Origin: Eledone cirrhosa
Taxonomy: Eukaryota
Assembly: GCA_964016885.1 (NCBI GenBank)
Contig: OZ024742.1
Location: forward strand, 86,366,001 to 86,430,000
Direction of reading: 5' to 3'
Length of the DNA: 64,000 bases
Position numbers and translations under genes: made by a program
The notes under the pieces: generated by a model
The model's input: the letters and a program-made list of their open reading frames with translations, nothing else
Databases searched by the model: none
What the model was told of the DNA's origin: nothing
Shown: positions 57,306-64,000 of the stretch, piece by piece
Layout of the letters: each line of letters begins with the position of its first letter
How positions within the stretch are numbered: the first letter of the stretch is position 1

Positions 57306-59548
57306 CGTCTCTATATAGGTTCGAAATTTATTGAATCTCTTATTATAATTATATCAATCATAAATATTGTTTCGCATAATTCAAAATCTTCTCCGTTTCT
57401 ATTCATTATAGATGTTGGATGTAGTAACTCCATCCATACTGTATATCAATAAAGCATGCATGTTATCCAATCACTATCTGGAACGGCATTTGCAATATAT
57501 AACTTCGTGTTGCTTTATAAATATTAAACGGCATGTACAATGCTATTTACTATGGACTGTGGCACTTTGTGTTTCCATTCTTCTCAATTGGTTTCTCATA
57601 TTTTTACGAAAAATATACTCGTTCAAAGAAATATATTCTAATATATACCATTTACTTTTGAAAACCCACTATCAATTTACAATTATTCTCCATTAAAATA
57701 TGAAACTGTAGTGAAATATCTTATTGAAAGTTCTAATGTCGTTGATGAGACCAGATTGCAAAAACAATATACAAGCTCAAGATGAGCGGTCATATACCCC
57801 ATACCTGTATGTTACTTGACAGCTGAATTAAATTATGCGCACGATTATGTACGAATTCCACAATTCAAATCACATCCTGAATATCATGAGGTGAAACTAT
57901 CCACATATACACACTTATTTCATCGGGTTCATTCTTTGGTACGTAATGCTCAAGTGGTTCAGTGTAAACAGTGTTCCTACGCCATTGCATCAAGCCTCAA
58001 GTCATCAGCAGCTATCAAAACATCTTGTGTTAAAGTAGCAAAATCAATTGTCACATAGCTAAAGACTTACACATATCAAAAGACAGCGGCCAACAAATTT
58101 ACATGATGTTTATAAAGCATAAATATGTCATAGAATGAAGGAAAAGGAACAGATTTGCATATACGTTATCTAGCAATAATATATACCATCTTAATTTCTT
58201 TTGATACTAAGCATGGCCCACGAATGCTTGTAAGAGAGAATACATTTCAGTTAGCTTGATGCATGTTGGAATATTTAATCAGCACAAACACCCGAGTGTG
58301 CTGCCCGTTTAAAGAAAGTTCTGTAGTATATACAGTGATATTACTTCCATAACGATTGGTCGTTCACATATAAGTTCCCAAGGAAACGTTAAGAGAAATA
58401 CTGCTTTTTATATACCAGTTAAATAGAGAATGCACATGCAGCAAATATTCAGAAATATGAATCTTTGTAACTATTACATCATATTCATTTTATGAAAGAA
58501 ATGTGTATTTCTGTTTAAGAATAGCATTCAAAATACCATACGTAACATATTCAGCAGTAAATCGCTACAAATTGAAGAATCACACACAAGGCTGAAATTT
58601 ACATATACAAAACCGGAACAATACTCAAGGATTCAACAGTATAACCAAAGGAAATCCTGAAGGAATGAGAGTAAAATACCAGAAAAATAAAGGGGTGCCA
58701 CGCACGACATCGTATTTATCAGAATCATCAAAGGAAAGGAGAATTCTCTATGATAAAAAGGCCACTACATCGTGAGACAACATCTCAAATTACGTCTGAG
58801 CTATGAAGCATACCAATATATGTGATACTAATAGTCTGTGGTACCTCATCAATTGATGGGGAAACAGTAATGTAGATTATGTCCGGACTGTGTTCCAGCC
58901 CGTGTTTATTCAATCTATCATAGAAATAAATACATATATACATACATGCATAAGTACCTATAGAGATACATATAGAGATACATATGCATACATATATGAC
59001 TGTAATGTATTGCAGATAATTATAGATACATTTTGAACTTGTTATTCCACATGTAATTTAAATACATCTCAATGTAAATGTACATAGTGTGACTGTATGG
59101 AAACAAGAGTAATATCGACCACTGATATGAAGAGACCTGCCGAACAACCTGTGGCATAATGCAGTTTAGCTTTGTCGAGTCTTAACATTTCTACGGATAT
59201 AGTGAAAAGTGGTCTACATATTTTAGCGCGTGCATTTTATGAGACAGTTTTCTTTGTCTGAAATTAAATTGTATATGTTTCTGATATATTCAATGAAACA
59301 TCGATCCACACACGTTTGAAATATTAACACTAACGGAGTTAGAAACAGATTGACTGTGGTTAAAATAGAAACATTTCAAATTTGACATCTTCAGTCATTG
59401 CGTAAACACATATTATCTCACACGCACGCACATACACATGCATACATACACACACATATATACACACATACATACGCATGCACATACACATACACACACA
59501 AATACACACACACAAGCACGTACACGCACACACACAAACATATTTATA

Positions 59549-59730
59549 TACAGTTTTCCTCTGGTAATCGGGGGAGTTACATTCCTAGAGCACCCGTTAA
59601 GAGTGAAAAACCGTGAATACTGGACATAGAACAAAACAATGACTATAAACGAAAAAATAAAACTAAAAATATAATTTTAAAAAAGGGAGCGTCTTATGCG
59701 TAGGGGCATCTAATAGGCAGAGATATGGTA
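59549..59730. mobile_element. Decayed Tc1/mariner (pogo/Tigger-like) terminal fragments
   Basis: TA-cagttttcctctggtaatcgggggagttacattcc...gtgaaaaaccgtgaa and gcgtcttatgcg...gagatatgg-TA resemble pogo-type MITE ends (recognised from memory). Confidence 0.45.
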
Positions 59731-59825
59731 TATTGTTATTAATAATTTAGTTTAAATATATATATATAGCCACCAAAAAGGCATACAAAATTCGTGGAAG
59801 ATATTTACGTTTGTCTGTAGGTACA

Positions 59826-59899
<74 letters not shown>

Positions 59900-61819
59900 A
59901 GAATAATCGAGTATCGGAAAATCAGCTCACGAATTTACGATAAACAAATCCGACATGAGTGGCAGAGGGCTCAATAATTCAGATAAATCAGAGCTATAAC
60001 TATCGTTAAAATACCAACACACAAAGATTATGCCTAAAATCACCCATGCAGCCGAAAAATAACGACCAGGAAGATTCGGGTCACTCAGATAAAATATCAA
60101 TAAATCAATAATTTATATGAATGTAAAAATATATATATTATTCAGAAAGGGTAATATTTGAAACACTTAAATAACCAATAGGAAAATGACATGTAGTACA
60201 CATTTTTCAATTATGATTAGGTATCAGTGTAAGTGGAATGACTTACACATGATAAGAGATTCACAAACCAACTGAATTTTAATTTAATCTCCACGTCTCA
60301 ATTACGGTTAGAACAATATGATTTTCCTTCTAGAAAAAATGAATAATCAGCATTATTATCCATATAAATGTATATGATTTTTAACTTAGACTACAAAGTC
60401 TAGTAATTCCAACCCAGAATACGTAAATGATAAATAATTAGATGCTTTTTATGTATATTGTCAATATATTGATTTTACTTTGGTGATGTATAACGAATTT
60501 AAACGATAAATCGTAACATTTAGCGGTGTAGTAAACGGAAAGCTGTTTTCAATATTGCTTTGATGTTATATTCAGAAAATAAAGTTCAGAAAACAAATCA
60601 GAATTCCAGTAAGAAGATATATAATTATATATGTAAATTTGCTTGAATGTTGGAAATTAAATGTCTATTCATCATAAATCAATGTAAGTTAAAGAAAACA
60701 TTTATTTAACGTTGGCTCGTGGGATAATACTCACGAGATATTTACATGTCTTTCAATAGAATCAAGATGTTGAATGACATTCTATTAATAACATTATTTG
60801 AAAAAAAGTTGCTATTTCTAATATATATTAAAAGTTATCGTATTAAATATTTCGAAGCACTTACTCGACACTATTTCAATTGTGATTGGATCAACGTTCA
60901 AAATCACAGACTATATTGTCCAATACCCAAAGAACATCTTAAATGTTAATAAGTCTACTCATGCATCTTATATCTTCATTCTTGCAACATGCTGCATCGG
61001 AGATGATAAATCCCATTCACATAACAGGTTTATATATTTTTTCATATACCATACAGAATCCCTCTGACGAAAATATATGCTGACAAAAAGGACTGTCGCA
61101 ATCTATTGGGATGATCACTACATTTATTTTGTCTGGAAACTACACTACCTTAGTTATGCTTTCTAAAGATAGGTTAACTAAGTAAGACTATATCACTAAG
61201 AAAATGTGCATGTTAAGTGTTTTTAATAGTACGTTATTGGGATCTACACCCCACAGATTTTGTATAAGATACTATATTAGATAAGGTCATAACGAAACCT
61301 TAGAAGACAAACAATGATTCAAAGCTCAAAAGTGATTTTATAGTCAAAAGCAAGAGAGGTAATTCATAGTGCAGATTTTAATAGAATCTGTTAATTTCAA
61401 ATCATAGATTTTTTTTTTTCAATATCACAGCTTATACTAAAACATACATAGCATAAGATTATTTTATTTATTTACGAACGTTTCTATCAATACAGCTAGT
61501 TTGTCCATCATTCTCCTCTGCACTGATTACTTCAAGAGTCAATATAAATAAACAATATAAATATAATATATTTCTCATCGATATCAGGTATCCCCAATTT
61601 GAAATTGTAAACAAGTTTAAAATATAGTTGGAAAGTCGTTAAAATCTTTTGTCTGACTAAAGGTACACATTAACATTTATAAGTGGTAACGTGCCATAAG
61701 AAAACAATATTTACTTGATGGTTAAAGCTTGTATATTAGACTTGACAATGATATCATAGGAACAGAATCAGAGCTCATAAATTTGATTATAGTTATTATA
61801 AGGCAATTATATTAGTATA

Positions 61820-61886
<67 letters not shown>

Positions 61887-62699
61887 CATACGCAGAAACA
61901 TATATATATATACATACATCTCTCCACATACTTGCTTGCATATTCAGATGTATATATATATATTCATCGGGGAATGCATATACACAAATACGAGCACACA
62001 CATATACACAACATACAAATGCGTAAATCTATATAAATGTATACATTTTCACATACCTATACATGCACACTTCTGACTACATAAATATATATACACACAC
62101 TAAATTACAGGCACACACATAGATACTAATACACATACGTATACATCGATGGAGATTGAGAGACACTTCGTTTTATAAACATCAAACTAAGAGATAAAAC
62201 ATAATATTTACTAATTAAGTTAAAGTTGCAAATGCAAATACTATCAAAAGATAATCTAAAATGTCGGCATGGAAATGAATATCTGAGACGACTATTCAGT
62301 GCAGTATCAGGAAAATTAATCCGGTTTAATATTTTAGAACGGAATGGGTGAAAGGTTCTTTGAGAACACGTAAGAATAATCTATTGTAGTGTTGAGAAGA
62401 CAAAACATTAAAAGTTATTATGCATAATGACTCTGTTTAAAAATAAAAATATACCTCGTTTTACGCACCCACTCCATAAGGATTTACTGAATAAATAATA
62501 CACCATGTCAAAGAGTGCTTGAAATATAAACAATTTAACAACAAAATTAGTTTAGTTAAAGACGTATACTCTTTACGTTTTCATACATACAAGTATGTTG
62601 GTGTGCATAAAAACTAATTTCAAAATTATAACCAGTTGCGTCTATGTTGTTAAGTTATTCATTTAAACATGTTGATTACTCTAACATAGCGGATAGCTG

Positions 62700-64000
62700 G
62701 ATTTATTTCGTGAGTGAATAATAACATTGATGATAATAGTAATTATAATATAATATCCTTAATATTCGGTTCATTTGCAAACAAGCAGCCTCAAAACACC
62801 ATGTACAACATTTTCCCACAGCTGTAGCAGATGCAAAAACAGTCTACAGTGGTTTCAGAGTTGCATCCTCATTAATGTTACCAAAAATGTTTCCGATGAA
62901 ACGTCGGGGTTGATTTGGAGATACATCTAGAAATTAAACCAGAACAGCTTAAAACAAACCCAGGATCATGTTCGCTTCCGTGAGTGGCCTGGGGACAAAA
63001 GGCCGGACTGTTTCGTAGACACGGAAACAACGCTCCTGTGAGCCATCTGTCCACAACTAAAAAATGCAGGGGACTCAAACAAACAATGCTGTTCGAGCGG
63101 GAATGGGCTCATACAGTCCCACAACCAATAAAACTAGCACCAGCATCCCCAACTGTGGAAGATACAGCAGCAGCAACTGCAAATTTAGTCGAGCTACAAC
63201 CATCAAGGACATTTCTCCCATTCCCGCTTGCCCTCAACAAAATTTTATACACACTAAAACCCCACACAAACACAAACAGAGAATCATCTGACACAGGTAT
63301 TGACACCTCATATTCTCACAGGAGGGACCAAAATCATCAATAGACTCAACCAGTATAAATAGCACAAACAACATAGACACCAACATCCTCTAAAATACAA
63401 CAAAATCCCAAATCTCACCAACAACAGTAAAAACATCAAAACGATCTAAAGTGAAACAGACATTGTACATAGTAGAAATAAAAGAAAAAAAGAAAATATA
63501 AGGAATCGTATAGAACAGCGCTTAAGCTCTAGAGAAAATAACTACACCTAATCAAAATTAACTATATAAATATTCATACAATTCACGTCAGATAAAAATT
63601 AAATATGAAATTCAACAACACAATTGGAAATTTCCGAGTCACCATCTCCAAAAGAATGTTCGGTTTTGTACTAGTGAAAATGCCCATAATACACCGAAAG
63701 CATGGATCAACAGTCCGCCCTCCACTGGAATGATATAAATGATACTTCCCTATTTTACACTTCTTCAAATATGTCATTACTCAGGATCAGCAGTGTAAAA
63801 AGGTAGTAGATTGCTGTCATGGAATCAAGACCAACTGCACAACGATCTCAGATTACGAAATATTGATATGAGGACCATCAGCGAGACCTGCATTTCAGGG
63901 ACGTGGTCATTTCTAAAGGATATGCGCATAGTATCGGAGCTATGATCTCTCAAGTTGGAGAAGTAGCGGATCTACCTGAGATGACTCTCTGATCTCCGTG
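62700..64000 (+). mobile_element. Older degraded copy of the L1/Tx1-type LINE (runs off the window)
   Basis: About 62995-63058 reads DKRPDCFVDTETTLL*AICPQ (cf. GRRPRCVVCGEGTHLRAFCPQ). From 63771 it reads MSLLRISSV...SWNQDQLHNDLRLRNIDMRTISETCIS (cf. ORF2 start). Confidence 0.75.

Noticed and set aside
57300-62700. Host exons in the repeat-poor stretch
   Set aside because: Only short ORFs with no recognisable domain; small exons cannot be excluded without RNA-seq.

Overview
AT-rich eukaryotic intergenic/intronic DNA with no recognisable host gene. It is probably a coleoid cephalopod (octopod), inferred from a recurrent tRNA-derived SINE resembling octopus OK/OR SINEs. The window is largely retroelements and microsatellites: several Penelope-like (GIY-YIG) fragments, two R4/Dong-type RLE non-LTR elements in (TAA)n tracts (one with an intact 1130-aa ORF), two L1/Tx1-type copies, an internally deleted RTE element, SINEs, a tRNA-Phe relic, and a probable solo LTR. 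The main signal is a dense set of type I hammerhead ribozyme (HHR) repeats. A near-identical 310-bp non-coding unit containing an HHR forms 10 tandem copies, then flips into about 4.4 inverted copies (8405-12883); this looks like a young non-LTR retrozyme (circular-RNA-derived) array. A diverged 318-bp relative, an older ~430-bp HHR family, a ~537-bp permuted repeat and several HHR-bearing Penelope fold-backs are also present. Those with two inverted arms share one geometry: the arms diverge, their 3' ends point outward, and most end in (TA)n. All structures were read by eye; none were folded or searched computationally.
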